Part shown: piece by piece, positions 1 to 9,271 of the stretch | Position numbering within the stretch: position 1 is the stretch's first letter | Layout: every line of letters begins with the position of its first letter | Assembly (NCBI RefSeq): GCF_000017945.1 | Contig: NC_009776.1 | Location: 540,001 to 572,000 of the forward strand | Length of the DNA: 32,000 nt | Direction of reading: 5' to 3' | Source: Ignicoccus hospitalis KIN4/I | GTDB taxonomy: Archaea; Thermoproteota; Thermoprotei_A; Sulfolobales; Ignicoccaceae | Made by a program: the position numbers and the translations under genes | The notes under the pieces: model-generated | Databases searched by the model: none | Told to the model about the DNA's origin: nothing | What the model saw: only the letters and a program-made list of their open reading frames with translations

Positions 1-248
1 TGTCTATGTCGTACAAGAAGGCTTTGGTCTTCACTAAGGTGGGCACCGGGAGGCCGCCGATGGTGGCGGTTAGGATATCCCAGATAAAGCCGGTCGTGGT
101 CATACTCCACAAGCCGGTCAACTTGGACCGGCTGGCGGTGAGGATAGCCGAAAAAGAGGGGATAGCGCTAATAGTCTCCCTGTGCTCCGAGCCGGGCGAG
201 CTCATGGACCGGTTGAGGCTCTTGGACGTTCAACAGCCCTCCTCTTGA
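1..248 (+). CDS. C-terminal part of an uncharacterised archaeal protein; gene probably begins before the window
   Basis: ORF open to the window edge, ending at 248; translation ...KKALVFTKVGTGRPPMVAVRISQIKPVVVILHKPVNLDRLAVRIAEKEGIALIVSL... Confidence 0.5.
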   Translation, partial: SMSYKKALVFTKVGTGRPPMVAVRISQIKPVVVILHKPVNLDRLAVRIAEKEGIALIVSLCSEPGELMDRLRLLDVQQPSS

Positions 249-604
249 AGCTTGACTATCGCCTCGGCGATGTCCCCCTTCGTCTCGATAAGCGCTTGCT
301 TAGCCTTCTCCGGCGAGCACCCGGTCTGCTCGACCACGACCTTCACGTCGTCCTCGGAGACCTCTTGGACTTCCTGCCCTTCCTCGACCCCCTTTTCTTT
401 GACCACCTCCTTAGGGTTGAGTATTTGGTACGCCTTAGCTTGGCCGGGCAGCTCCAGCTCCAATACCTTGGGCTCGACCAATATTATCTTTTCGTCCACC
501 CCCTCTATTATCACGCGTTCAACCCCCTCTAGCTCGTAGACCTTTAACCCCGCCTTCTTCAACATCTTCTCTAGGGCCTTCATGTTGAAGCCGAACGGGA
601 GCAC
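230..604 (-). CDS. nac: Nascent polypeptide-associated complex (NAC) alpha-type protein
   Basis: 124 aa; NAC core (MKALEKMLKKAGLKVYELEGVERVIIEG...KAYQILNP) followed by a C-terminal UBA-like segment (DVKVVVEQTGCSPEKAKQALIETKGDIAEAIVKLQ). Confidence 0.93.
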   Translation of the reverse strand: MLPFGFNMKALEKMLKKAGLKVYELEGVERVIIEGVDEKIILVEPKVLELELPGQAKAYQILNPKEVVKEKGVEEGQEVQEVSEDDVKVVVEQTGCSPEKAKQALIETKGDIAEAIVKLQEEGC

Positions 605-674
605 CGCGTTACCACCTCCCTTAAATTGCCTTCGTGAACCGGTCCAAAAGGGTTTAGATAAGCGGTGATGGGGA

Positions 675-1961
675 ATGGGCGCAGAGATAACTTTCTTGGG
701 CGGCGCTAGGGAGGTGGGCAGAGCCGCTTATTGGGTCAAGGACGGCAAGGCGAGTCTCCTCCTCGACTACGGGGTCAGCTTCGACGAAGAGGATAGGCCG
801 GTGTTCCCGGAGTACGTGTCTCCCAAGGACGTGGGCGCGGTGGTGCTCAGCCACGCCCACTTGGACCACTCCGGCGCGCTGCCGATGCTTTACTCCGCCA
901 TCCGCAGGCCTGCCTACATGACAAAGCTGACCAAAGAGCTCACCGCGATACTGATAAACGACTTCTTGAAACTTTCGGGATACTACGCGACCTACGGAGA
1001 GACCGAAGTCAAGGAGTTCTTAGAATCCGTGAGGACCGTAGACTACAGGAGGACCGTGGAGATACCGGAGGCCGGCGGGACCCTCTTGACCTTCTACGAC
1101 GCCGGCCACATACCGGGCAGCGCAATGGTGAAGTTAGAGCTCCCCAGCGGCTTGAAGCTGCTCTACACCGGCGACGTCAGGTTGAGCGAGACCCAGCTGC
1201 TGGGAGGGGCGGACGTCAGCGGCTTGGAAGCGGACGTGTTAATAATAGAAGCCACGTACGGGAAGTCCGACCATCCCCCCAGGGAGAACGTGGAGGCGCT
1301 GTTCGTCAGCGACGTGAGGGAGGTTTTGCAGGGCGGCGGGACGGTACTCGTCCCGGCCTTCGGCGTAGGAAGGGGTCAAGAGATACTCGCGGTGCTCGCG
1401 GACCACGAGGTGGAGGGAGACGTTTACCTAGACGGCATGGTGAGGAACGTAACCGAGCTCTTGATTCAAGGCGAAAACAAAAAGTTCTTGAAAAATCCGG
1501 ACATGCTAGAGAAAGCCTACGAGGAGGCCAAGGTGGTGAGGGGCTGGCAAGATAGGAGGAGGGTGTGGAAGAGGAACGGCGTAATAATAGCTTCTGCCGG
1601 CATGCTCAGAGGCGGCCCATCTCTATATTACGCGAGGAAGATCCAAGGGATCCCGAAGGACGCTATCTTCTTGGTGTCCTTCCAAGCACCCGGGACCCCC
1701 GGGCGCAGGTTAGTGGAGGAAGGAGTCATCGAGGAGGGCGGACCCCGGGTGGAGGCGAGGACCCAGTGGTTCGACTTCTCCAGCCACGCGGGGGCCAGCG
1801 AACTCTTGGAGATAATAAAGTCGGTCAACAAATTGAAGAAGGTTATAATAGTTCACTCAGAAGAGAGCACGGCCCTCCACTTCGCGCAGAGGGTGAGGGA
1901 GGAGACGGGCCTCGACGTGATAGTTCCGAAACCAATGGAGACGCTGAAGGTCGAAGTATAG
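675..1961 (+). CDS. Beta-CASP metallo-beta-lactamase RNA-processing nuclease (archaeal CPSF-like)
   Basis: MBL motif SHAHLDHSG, beta-CASP features (LIIEATYG, FGVGRGQEI, SAGMLRGGPS, HAGASE, IVHSEE); 428 aa. Confidence 0.92.
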   Translation: MGAEITFLGGAREVGRAAYWVKDGKASLLLDYGVSFDEEDRPVFPEYVSPKDVGAVVLSHAHLDHSGALPMLYSAIRRPAYMTKLTKELTAILINDFLKLSGYYATYGETEVKEFLESVRTVDYRRTVEIPEAGGTLLTFYDAGHIPGSAMVKLELPSGLKLLYTGDVRLSETQLLGGADVSGLEADVLIIEATYGKSDHPPRENVEALFVSDVREVLQGGGTVLVPAFGVGRGQEILAVLADHEVEGDVYLDGMVRNVTELLIQGENKKFLKNPDMLEKAYEEAKVVRGWQDRRRVWKRNGVIIASAGMLRGGPSLYYARKIQGIPKDAIFLVSFQAPGTPGRRLVEEGVIEEGGPRVEARTQWFDFSSHAGASELLEIIKSVNKLKKVIIVHSEESTALHFAQRVREETGLDVIVPKPMETLKVEV

Positions 1962-2219
1962 CTACTTTTTATACAGCGGCTTCTTAACTTCGTGTACCTC
2001 GACTTCTAGGTCTTCCTTACCCACTTCTTTTTTTACGTTCTCAAGCGTTTCGTCCAGCCTATCGGAAGGTACTACTATAACGTACATCCTCCTGTTGGTT
2101 AAGACCTTCACCTTGCTGAAGTCTGGGGCTTTGGTTACCTTTACCTTCCTCACTGCGTCCTTCGCTTTCACCAACACCCTGGACTTAAGCTCGTCGAAGT
2201 TCTTGAGCAGTACCGGCAA
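1962..2219 (-). CDS. Small conserved-looking hypothetical basic protein
   Basis: 85-aa ORF, K/V-rich with plausible archaeal codon use, between two assigned genes; no family recognised. Confidence 0.6.
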   Translation of the reverse strand: MPVLLKNFDELKSRVLVKAKDAVRKVKVTKAPDFSKVKVLTNRRMYVIVVPSDRLDETLENVKKEVGKEDLEVEVHEVKKPLYKK

Positions 2220-2256
2220 GCCCGCTTCACCCCGGCGCTATGGGTCGGGTCCCCAG

Positions 2257-2901
2257 TTAAACGCTTCTGCCGCACCTCTCCGCGTACTCCCTCTTCAAGT
2301 CCCTCTCCACCACCTCCCCCCTCGGCTCCACCTCAGTCCAAGTCCTACCCCGGTAGAGCACAGCTTCCGTGTCCTCGTCCAGCCAACAGTCCGGGGGCAT
2401 GCCAGCCTTTACGCACGTCTCCGCTATGAAGGTCTCCGGGTCCCAGCAGTACTCCACCGGGACCTCCGGTAAGAGGACCCCGGAGAAGGGGCCGCGCCTT
2501 ATTATTATTCCGGTCTCACCTATCCTTATGTAAGGCAGAGCCCTCCTAGCCGGCCTGAAGGGGGTGTGGTCGCCGAGGACGCTGACTTCCACTACCACGT
2601 GGTCGAGCTCCCCGGGGCTCATAGGGGGAAACCTAGGGTCTTGGGTAGCGGCCGCCACCGCGACCTCCATGACCGTCTGGGCCAAGGGCTTCACGGGCTC
2701 TACGTAGCCTATGCACCCCCTGAGCTCCCTCTCGGGATAGGTCAAGATGGTGACGAACGCCGCTCCCAGCTTCTTCAGCTTCTCCGGCACCTCCACTCTG
2801 GGCAACTCCCCCGCGGTCAAGTAACTCTCTATGGTCTTTCTGGCCAGCCTCACTAGAAACTCGCCGTCCTCGTGGGTGAGCTCGTCCAGCGAGATTATCA
2901 T
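2257..2901 (-). CDS. AMMECR1-domain protein
   Basis: 214 aa with FVTILTYPERELRGCIGYVEPVKPLAQTVMEVAVAAATQDPRFPP, characteristic of AMMECR1; box-A-like ATAAAAG on the minus strand near 2935-2942. Confidence 0.9.
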   Translation of the reverse strand: MIISLDELTHEDGEFLVRLARKTIESYLTAGELPRVEVPEKLKKLGAAFVTILTYPERELRGCIGYVEPVKPLAQTVMEVAVAAATQDPRFPPMSPGELDHVVVEVSVLGDHTPFRPARRALPYIRIGETGIIIRRGPFSGVLLPEVPVEYCWDPETFIAETCVKAGMPPDCWLDEDTEAVLYRGRTWTEVEPRGEVVERDLKREYAERCGRSV

Positions 2902-3006
2902 GACGAAGCCCTTTAAGGGCTCTTGACGCTCGCCTTTTATGCATGGGCCCGTGAGGAGGCTTTCAAGGCTCGAGCGGTGAAGAGCCCGCGCAGGGCCGAG
3001 GCCCGG

Positions 3007-3639
3007 TTACTCCGGATACCTCCCCTCCACCACAAAGACCACTTGGCTGGCCACTTGCACGCTGTGGTCGGCCGCCCTCTCTAGGAACTTTATCGAGAGC
3101 GCCTCCACCACCGCACAAGGTACGTTTTCGTAATTCTTGATTATATCCATTAGCATGCTGTGGTAGGTCTCGTCGACCTCATCGTCCTTCGTTATTATTT
3201 TCATAGCCTTCAAAACGTCCATATTCTTTAGCGCGTCTATACTGCCTTCTATCATAGATTTCACTATAGGCGCCAAGCTCGCGAAGTGCTTGGGCTCGCA
3301 CTTGACTCCCAAGCTCTCTAAGCGCGCGAAGGCGGAGAGTGCGTCGTAGGCGTAGCGGGCAAAGCGGAAGAAGGCGTAGCTCAGCTCGAGAGATGCCTTG
3401 ACTTTCCTCAAGTCTTTGGCGACCGGTTGGTAACGGGCTATTATTTCTAGGGCCAGCTCGTTTACCTCCTCCCTCAACTGCCCCAGCTTTCCAACCATCT
3501 CCTTAACCTCGTCCCTGAGCTCGCTGGCCCTCCTCTCTTCTATTGCATTAGTGGAGAGCTCGAAGGCCCTCTTGCTGAGTTCGGCCATCTTCATTATTTG
3601 ATTATCCAGCTCCTTAAGTCCTATTTCCACGAGTCTCAA
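3007..3639 (-). CDS. PhoU-domain protein
   Basis: 210 aa all-helical protein with two PhoU-like repeats (...FFRFARYAYDALSAFARL...; ...VVEALSIKFLERAADHSVQVASQVVFVVEG). Confidence 0.8.
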   Translation of the reverse strand: MRLVEIGLKELDNQIMKMAELSKRAFELSTNAIEERRASELRDEVKEMVGKLGQLREEVNELALEIIARYQPVAKDLRKVKASLELSYAFFRFARYAYDALSAFARLESLGVKCEPKHFASLAPIVKSMIEGSIDALKNMDVLKAMKIITKDDEVDETYHSMLMDIIKNYENVPCAVVEALSIKFLERAADHSVQVASQVVFVVEGRYPE

Positions 3640-3698
3640 AACGTCGCCCGTGAGACCGGCTCACCTAGGGCTTCTAAATTTGGGAAGCCCGCGGAGAA

Positions 3699-4730
3699 AT
3701 GGGGTTAAACGCTGGCGCCTTGCGACGCGTAGGTGTGACCGTGGCCCAGATATGGAAGGACAGCGACGTCTCCCTGGAACCGCTAAAGGGTAGGAAGGTA
3801 GCCATCATAGGCTACGGCTCCCAAGGCAGGGCGTGGGCGCTGAACATAAGGGACAGCGGAGTGGACGTAGTGGTCGGGCTGAGGCCCGGAGGCAAGAGTT
3901 GGGAGCTAGCTACCAAAGACGGCTTCGAACCCAAGCCTATCCCGGAGGCGGCTAAGGAGGGCGACGTCATAGCTATGCTCATCCCCGACATGGCCCAACC
4001 AGAGATATACGAGAAGTACGTGGAGCCCAACCTCCACGAGGGCAACGCACTGGTGTTCGCCCACGGCTTCAACATTCACTACGGACTCATAAAGCCTCCC
4101 AAGAACGTAGACGTCATAATGGTTGCCCCCAAGAGTCCGGGGCCTAAGGTCAGAGAGGCCTTCCTCTCCGGAAGGGGCGTTCCGGCCTTAGTGGCCGTAC
4201 ACCAAGATTACACCGGGAAGGCTTGGGACTTGGTGCTAGCTTTAGCCAAGGCGTTAGGGTGCACCAGAGCCGGCGTGATAAAGACCACCTTCAAGGAGGA
4301 GACCGAGAGCGACCTCATAGGCGAACAGACCGTACTCGTGGGCGGCTTGATGGAGCTGTTGAAGAAGGGCTTCGAGAACTTAGTAGAGCTCGGCTACCAG
4401 CCTGAAGTGGCTTACTTCGAGGCCATAAACGAAGCAAAGCTGATAATGGACCTCATCTGGCAGTACGGCTTCTACGGCATGCTCTTGAGGGTTAGCGACA
4501 CTGCCAAGTACGGCGGCCTTACAGTGGGGCCTAAGGTCATTGACGAACACGTGAAAGAGAACATGAAGAAGGCGTCAGAGAGGGTAATAAGCGGCGAGTT
4601 CGCAAAGGAGTGGGTGGAGGAGTACAAGAAGGGCATGCCCACTTTGAAGGAGTTGATGGAGAAGGTTAAGGAGCACCAAGCTGAGAAGGTGGGTAAGGAG
4701 CTCAGAAAGCTCATGGGCTTGGAAGAGTAA
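3699..4730 (+). CDS. ilvC: Ketol-acid reductoisomerase
   Basis: [57 protein letters not shown] and the C-terminal knotted domain; 343 aa. Confidence 0.97.
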   Translation: MGLNAGALRRVGVTVAQIWKDSDVSLEPLKGRKVAIIGYGSQGRAWALNIRDSGVDVVVGLRPGGKSWELATKDGFEPKPIPEAAKEGDVIAMLIPDMAQPEIYEKYVEPNLHEGNALVFAHGFNIHYGLIKPPKNVDVIMVAPKSPGPKVREAFLSGRGVPALVAVHQDYTGKAWDLVLALAKALGCTRAGVIKTTFKEETESDLIGEQTVLVGGLMELLKKGFENLVELGYQPEVAYFEAINEAKLIMDLIWQYGFYGMLLRVSDTAKYGGLTVGPKVIDEHVKENMKKASERVISGEFAKEWVEEYKKGMPTLKELMEKVKEHQAEKVGKELRKLMGLEE

Positions 4731-4951
4731 CGAAGTTCCCGTAACGGACGTTCTTTTTATTGTTCACTTCTCTCTGAGAAGGGAACTCACTTGAGAAGGG
4801 AAAGCACGTAGTTACCGTACGCGTAGAGGACGATCACGAGCGCGCTTAACACGTAAACGTACAACAAAACCTTCAAGAGGTCTTCATACCTCACTTACCG
4901 CCACCTTCGGGGAGAGGGTGACCGCGTTTATTTAAAAATGGCGTTACTTCG

Positions 4952-6916
4952 TCACTCTATGATTATCTTGGTGTACTGGACCGCAGGCTCGAAGAGCTTT
5001 CCGCGGTCGATGTAGAACTTAGTGAACCACTCGTAGAAGTGAAGCCTTAAGTTGTGGATGAAGCTCACTAGGCCCTCTAGCATTATTACCATTATGTTTG
5101 CTAACACGTAGAGTATCGCTAACAGTACGGGCCCGCCTATTTCGCCTATCACTTGGAAGGCGAACACCAGGCCCCAGTGCGCCAAGGCCAGCGCCATGAT
5201 CCTCACGTACGATATTATGTTGCTGATAACCAGCAAGAAGTTGTCGAACATTTCCATGCCCACTATGCTCGCTTGCGCGCGGCCGTGCTCGTGCTCCAGC
5301 TCCAACTTGATGCCGTAGCCCCTCCAAAGGAGCGCTATGACGAACAGTACGAACAGCGGGCCTATGTGGCCGGTCTTCAAGTTGAACATCCACTCGTTGA
5401 AGTAGAGCCCTGTCAAGTACATCATCTGCTCTATGTCGCTACCGAAGCCACTGGCTATGAAGCCCGCCGCGAAGGGGGCGCCGGCGGTGGCGTACATCAA
5501 CATGAACGGGAACACGTAGTGCAGCGCCTTCCAAGGCCGTCCGAAGCGGAGCTCGTTGAGTATTCCTATTAAGAACCCTATCAGCAAGTGGAAGTAGCCT
5601 ATCGTTATGCTCAGCAGCACGTACTTTATCACGGTGTCGCCTAGGTGCTCGAGGCCGAAGCTCAGCGGCGGCGCCATGCCCAGGGCGCCCCACAGCCACA
5701 TAGCGGGGTCGACCGCGCTCTCGCCTATGAGTGGGCCGAAGAACTCGGCGGAGAGCCAGCCAGTTATGATGGACGCTGTGCCTACCAGCATCATAATCCG
5801 TCCTAGGAACTCCGTTCCCCTAGTGAACCTCCTAAGCCCGAAAGGTCTGAAGACGGCCAGGGCCCAGCCTTTACGGTTGACCAGCCCCCAGCCGAACAAG
5901 ACCAATACCAATGCGTGGCCCCAGTCCGGGAACATGAACATGTAGATGAACGGCAGCGTGAAGGCCATTATCGCCGCCGGTACGAACTCTCTGGGGTCGG
6001 GAGGGCCGTAGATGTTCTCCACGTCGTAGGCGGTCTTGGCGCTCTGACTCTCTACCTTGACGTACGTGGGCGGCTTCTCGGAGTCGTAGTCCACCATATG
6101 GACTAACGCGAAGCCCACGCTGGCCACGTAATCCTTCAAGGCCTTCAGGGTGTTCTTGAAGAAGCTCTCGGGTACGTAACCTTCCAAGTAGACGAAGTAA
6201 TCGCTCTCCCTCCCCTTGGAGAGCACTTCCAAGGCGTTCTTAACGCTCAACAAGAGCGCATAGGTGTTGCTTATCTCTATTTCGTAATCGCTGGCCCAAG
6301 CCTTGGCCTCCTCAATCAAGAACTTCTTTTCTTCCTCCAGCAACCTTAGGAGTTCTAATGCCACCTTTCTCACGATCTCAGTGCTTATCTTTAAGGCTTC
6401 TTTGGCTGCCAAGTCGACGACCGCCAGATCCTTCCTGAGCTCGGCGGGTATCTCGCGGGATATTATCAAGTTGAAGGTTTCTTTCAACTTTTCGACGACG
6501 TCCTTGGGCAGCTCGGCGGGTTTAGATATTAAGGTACTTACGTCGAACATCTTTGCCTCTATCTCCTTAATCCTGCTCGTGTACTTCTCGAACTCATCTT
6601 CGATCTTCTTCGCCCTTTCCGCTGCGACCTTGGCCGCCTCTTCCCAGCTCTTAACCTTCACGGGTTCGCCCATCTCCGGCTCCACGCTGAGCTCGAAGAA
6701 CTCGAAATACTGCTCCAGCTTGTTGATGTGGTCCATTATGACGAGTAAGTCTCTGCGGGCCCACTCTATGGGCGCGCCGAACTCTACCTTAGCCTCGGCC
6801 GGCTCGTAGCTCCCCAAGTTTACTATTTTCTCTACTAGTTTGTCCGCGCTGTCCTTGGGCACGACTACCCTCACTTTGAACATTCTATCGGGAAACAGCG
6901 CAGCCTTTAGGCACAC
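4952..6916 (-). CDS. atpI: A/V-type ATP synthase subunit I (a subunit)
   Basis: 654 aa: cytoplasmic coiled-coil N-terminus, multi-TM C-terminus with FGWALVNRKG, GPLIGESAVDPAMW, FISYVRIMALALAHWGLVFAF, EGLVSFIHNLRLHFYEWFTKFY. Confidence 0.93.
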   Translation of the reverse strand: MCLKAALFPDRMFKVRVVVPKDSADKLVEKIVNLGSYEPAEAKVEFGAPIEWARRDLLVIMDHINKLEQYFEFFELSVEPEMGEPVKVKSWEEAAKVAAERAKKIEDEFEKYTSRIKEIEAKMFDVSTLISKPAELPKDVVEKLKETFNLIISREIPAELRKDLAVVDLAAKEALKISTEIVRKVALELLRLLEEEKKFLIEEAKAWASDYEIEISNTYALLLSVKNALEVLSKGRESDYFVYLEGYVPESFFKNTLKALKDYVASVGFALVHMVDYDSEKPPTYVKVESQSAKTAYDVENIYGPPDPREFVPAAIMAFTLPFIYMFMFPDWGHALVLVLFGWGLVNRKGWALAVFRPFGLRRFTRGTEFLGRIMMLVGTASIITGWLSAEFFGPLIGESAVDPAMWLWGALGMAPPLSFGLEHLGDTVIKYVLLSITIGYFHLLIGFLIGILNELRFGRPWKALHYVFPFMLMYATAGAPFAAGFIASGFGSDIEQMMYLTGLYFNEWMFNLKTGHIGPLFVLFVIALLWRGYGIKLELEHEHGRAQASIVGMEMFDNFLLVISNIISYVRIMALALAHWGLVFAFQVIGEIGGPVLLAILYVLANIMVIMLEGLVSFIHNLRLHFYEWFTKFYIDRGKLFEPAVQYTKIIIE

Positions 6917-6948
6917 GTCACTTCTCCCTATCCCTTCACGGTGAAGCC

Positions 6949-6957
6949 TTTTTATAA
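6949..6957 (+). promoter_or_regulatory. Putative archaeal box A (TATA) for the PCNA gene
   Basis: CTTTTTATAAAG in the divergent intergenic region; supports a downstream start codon for PCNA. Confidence 0.55.
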
Positions 6958-7025
6958 AGATCTTGAAGGAGGGCGCAGAAGGGCTTCAAATAACTCTCCG
7001 GCGCCAAAGGACGTGGAAGGTAAGC

Positions 7026-7772
7026 TTGAAGATCGTATACCCTGAGGCAAAAATCTTTCAAAGCCTTGTGGACGCTATCGGAAAGATAGTAGACGAAGTC
7101 GCGTTGGTCGCGAAGCCCGAAGGGGTAGAAATGAAGGCGATAGACCCAGCCCAAGTAGTTATGATAAGAATATACATTCCCGCCGACGCCTTTAGCGAGT
7201 ACGAGGTCGAAGAGGAGGAGAGCTTGGGATTCAACATAGGTGACATCCTCAAGTTCTTCAAGAGAGCAAAGAAGGGCTACAAACTTGAGCTGGGGAGCGA
7301 GGCTGAAGGGTCTAAAATAAGGATAGTGTTGGAGGGCGCTCTGATAAAGAAATACGTTATACCGAACTTAGAGGTGGTGTCGGAGGAACTGCCCGACTTG
7401 AGCAACCTCGATTTTAAAGTCAAAGCTTTGTTGTTGGCCTCAGTGATAAAGGAGGCTATCAAGGACATAGAGGCGGTAAGCGACGTAATGATAGTTGAGG
7501 CGCCGGACGCGGACAACCTCTACTTGAAGGGAGCCGGCGTAGCAGAGGCCGTTACCAGAGTTTCCAGAGCTTCCTCGGCGCTCCTAGAGCTCGAGGTGGA
7601 GGAGCCTTCAAAGGCCGCTTACGACCTAACGTACCTCAAGCACATAGTGGGAATCACGAAAGTATCGGACAACGTCGAGGTGAGGTTTGGAACCGACATG
7701 CCGTTGTACTTGAAGTTTAACATACTGGCGGGAGGAGAGGCGGAATACGTAGTGGCGCCCCAAGCCTTGTGA
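7026..7772 (+). CDS. pcn: DNA polymerase sliding clamp (PCNA)
   Basis: In-frame TTG at 7026 gives (M)KIVYPEAKIFQSLVDAIGKIVDEVALVAKPEGVEMKAIDPAQVVMIRI..., the normal PCNA N-terminus; the longer ORF start at 6963 lies at or upstream of the expected TSS. Confidence 0.9.
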   Translation: MKIVYPEAKIFQSLVDAIGKIVDEVALVAKPEGVEMKAIDPAQVVMIRIYIPADAFSEYEVEEEESLGFNIGDILKFFKRAKKGYKLELGSEAEGSKIRIVLEGALIKKYVIPNLEVVSEELPDLSNLDFKVKALLLASVIKEAIKDIEAVSDVMIVEAPDADNLYLKGAGVAEAVTRVSRASSALLELEVEEPSKAAYDLTYLKHIVGITKVSDNVEVRFGTDMPLYLKFNILAGGEAEYVVAPQAL

Positions 7773-7790
7773 CAAAAAAGGTGTGGAAAC

Positions 7791-8198
7791 CTATACCCCG
7801 TCCCCTTCGACCAAGGAGCGGTCCGCGTTACCTCCGACGACCTTCTTGGCCTCTAAGTTGCGAACGATGAACTCGAAGGCCTTACGGGGGTCAGTGTGGC
7901 TCCCACAAGAGTAGACGTCCACCGTGGCGAAGGCGAACTCGGGCCAAGTGTGAATGGTTATGTGACTCTCGAGGACTATGGCCACAACGCTGACGCCCTC
8001 CCCCATCTTCCAAGACTTAACGTCCAACAAAGTCATGTTGCCTACCTTAGCCGCTTCTACTACCAAATCCCTCAAGTACTCTTCGTCCTTCAGCTTCTCT
8101 ACGTTGCAGCCGTAGAGGTTGCCGTAGTAGTGCTTTCCGTAGACTTTCACCTTAGCGCCTTTGTCCGTTAGGTTCAGTGCCTCTCTACTCGCCATCAT
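7791..8198 (-). CDS. S-adenosylmethionine decarboxylase-family proenzyme (AdoMetDC; paralogous archaeal arginine decarboxylase not excluded)
   Basis: 135 aa with the self-cleavage motif [12 protein letters not shown] and [14 protein letters not shown]. Confidence 0.88.
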   Translation of the reverse strand: MMASREALNLTDKGAKVKVYGKHYYGNLYGCNVEKLKDEEYLRDLVVEAAKVGNMTLLDVKSWKMGEGVSVVAIVLESHITIHTWPEFAFATVDVYSCGSHTDPRKAFEFIVRNLEAKKVVGGNADRSLVEGDGV

Positions 8199-8277
8199 GG
8201 CCCGTCCCCTTTCGGGAAGGGAGCTATTGGGGAGACCTTATATCTGAAACCCCCCTCTACGGCCGGGCTCAAAGGAG

Positions 8278-8958
8278 ATGAGCTCGGACGCCCAACGACG
8301 AGCGGCGAACCACGCCGTACTCGTTGTGGACCCCTTTCTTAAGGATGCGATAGAAAACATCATGAGGGAGGGACAGATAGGCGAGGTCTCGGAAACTACC
8401 TTCCCAGACGTGATCTTTACGAAATCTTGGAGTAACGACGTAGCCTTGTTGACGTTTGCAGACTCGCAGTACCTAGCAGAAGCCATCTTGGAGCTCAAGG
8501 TCCTCGGAATGAGGAAGATCGTCTTCTTAGACGTGGCCACCGCACTCAAACCCGGCTTAAAGGTGTCCCAAGCGTACCCCGTTTACGCCACCAGCACGCC
8601 GGTGAAAGAGGAATTCTACGTACCGTTGGTACCCAGCATGCAACTGCTCAACGCTGTAGTGGAGCTCTTGGAGCCCGAGAGGGAAGTAATAGCGTTCACT
8701 TCCCGCTTGCCGCCTCAAGACGTAGCAATGACAGACCTCCTCAAGAAGAAGGGATTCGACGTTATCGATAAGAACTCCGGGCTGGTCTATGAGGTCTGTA
8801 AGGGAAGCGTGGAGTGCGTAACCCTAGACCTAATTGACTCGAACTTAGCTAAGGGTATAGAAAAGAAGACCGCGTGGGAGGAGGGAGGGAAGTACTATTC
8901 TAGCATTTTGGACACCCTTACAGATTTATTCAAGAAGCTACTGAGTGCCGAGCTGTAG
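8278..8958 (+). CDS. Hypothetical protein
   Basis: 226-aa ORF with alpha/beta character and typical codon usage; no confident family. Confidence 0.7.
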   Translation: MSSDAQRRAANHAVLVVDPFLKDAIENIMREGQIGEVSETTFPDVIFTKSWSNDVALLTFADSQYLAEAILELKVLGMRKIVFLDVATALKPGLKVSQAYPVYATSTPVKEEFYVPLVPSMQLLNAVVELLEPEREVIAFTSRLPPQDVAMTDLLKKKGFDVIDKNSGLVYEVCKGSVECVTLDLIDSNLAKGIEKKTAWEEGGKYYSSILDTLTDLFKKLLSAEL

Positions 8959-8966
8959 GGGGAACC

Positions 8967-9218
8967 ATGAAGCTCGACTTCTCTAAGATAAGAACAATGC
9001 TGGAACAGCTGGCGACCAAGGAGAAGAAGGCGAGGAGGCCCAAGGAGCGTGCAGTCCCGGCCTACTTGAGGAAGTGTAAGTACTGTAAGCACTTGGAGCT
9101 GACGTACTGTAGGTTCCACGCCGTCACCATACACCCGGAGTCCAGGGCGTGCCCAGCGTTCGTGCTAAGGGAGGAGTTCGCCGTACAGCCCAAGAAGGAG
9201 GAGGGCACGGTCGCGTGA
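8967..9218 (+). CDS. Small cysteine-containing hypothetical protein (possible metal-binding)
   Basis: 83 aa with KCKYCKHLELTYCRFHAVTIHPESRACPAF; 8 nt downstream of the preceding ORF. Confidence 0.7.
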   Translation: MKLDFSKIRTMLEQLATKEKKARRPKERAVPAYLRKCKYCKHLELTYCRFHAVTIHPESRACPAFVLREEFAVQPKKEEGTVA

Positions 9219-9271
9219 GCCTCCGGGGAAGGGTAGGTTAACCCTTCTTATAGGGGGCGCCGGGGGCCGCA

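Noticed and set aside
2945-3006. Possible tRNA or sRNA in the gap downstream of phoU
   Set aside because: GC-rich with some local complementarity but no cloverleaf, no T-arm consensus and no clear C/D boxes.
4787-4895. Confident annotation of a 35-aa membrane protein
   Set aside because: The printed sequence has an in-frame stop after 11 codons; the full peptide requires ignoring one nucleotide, so it is only a finding.
5019-6809. Multiple ORFs inside or opposite the ATP synthase subunit I gene
   Set aside because: Shadow ORFs typical of a moderately GC-rich coding region; residue compositions are implausible and the real gene has clear motifs.
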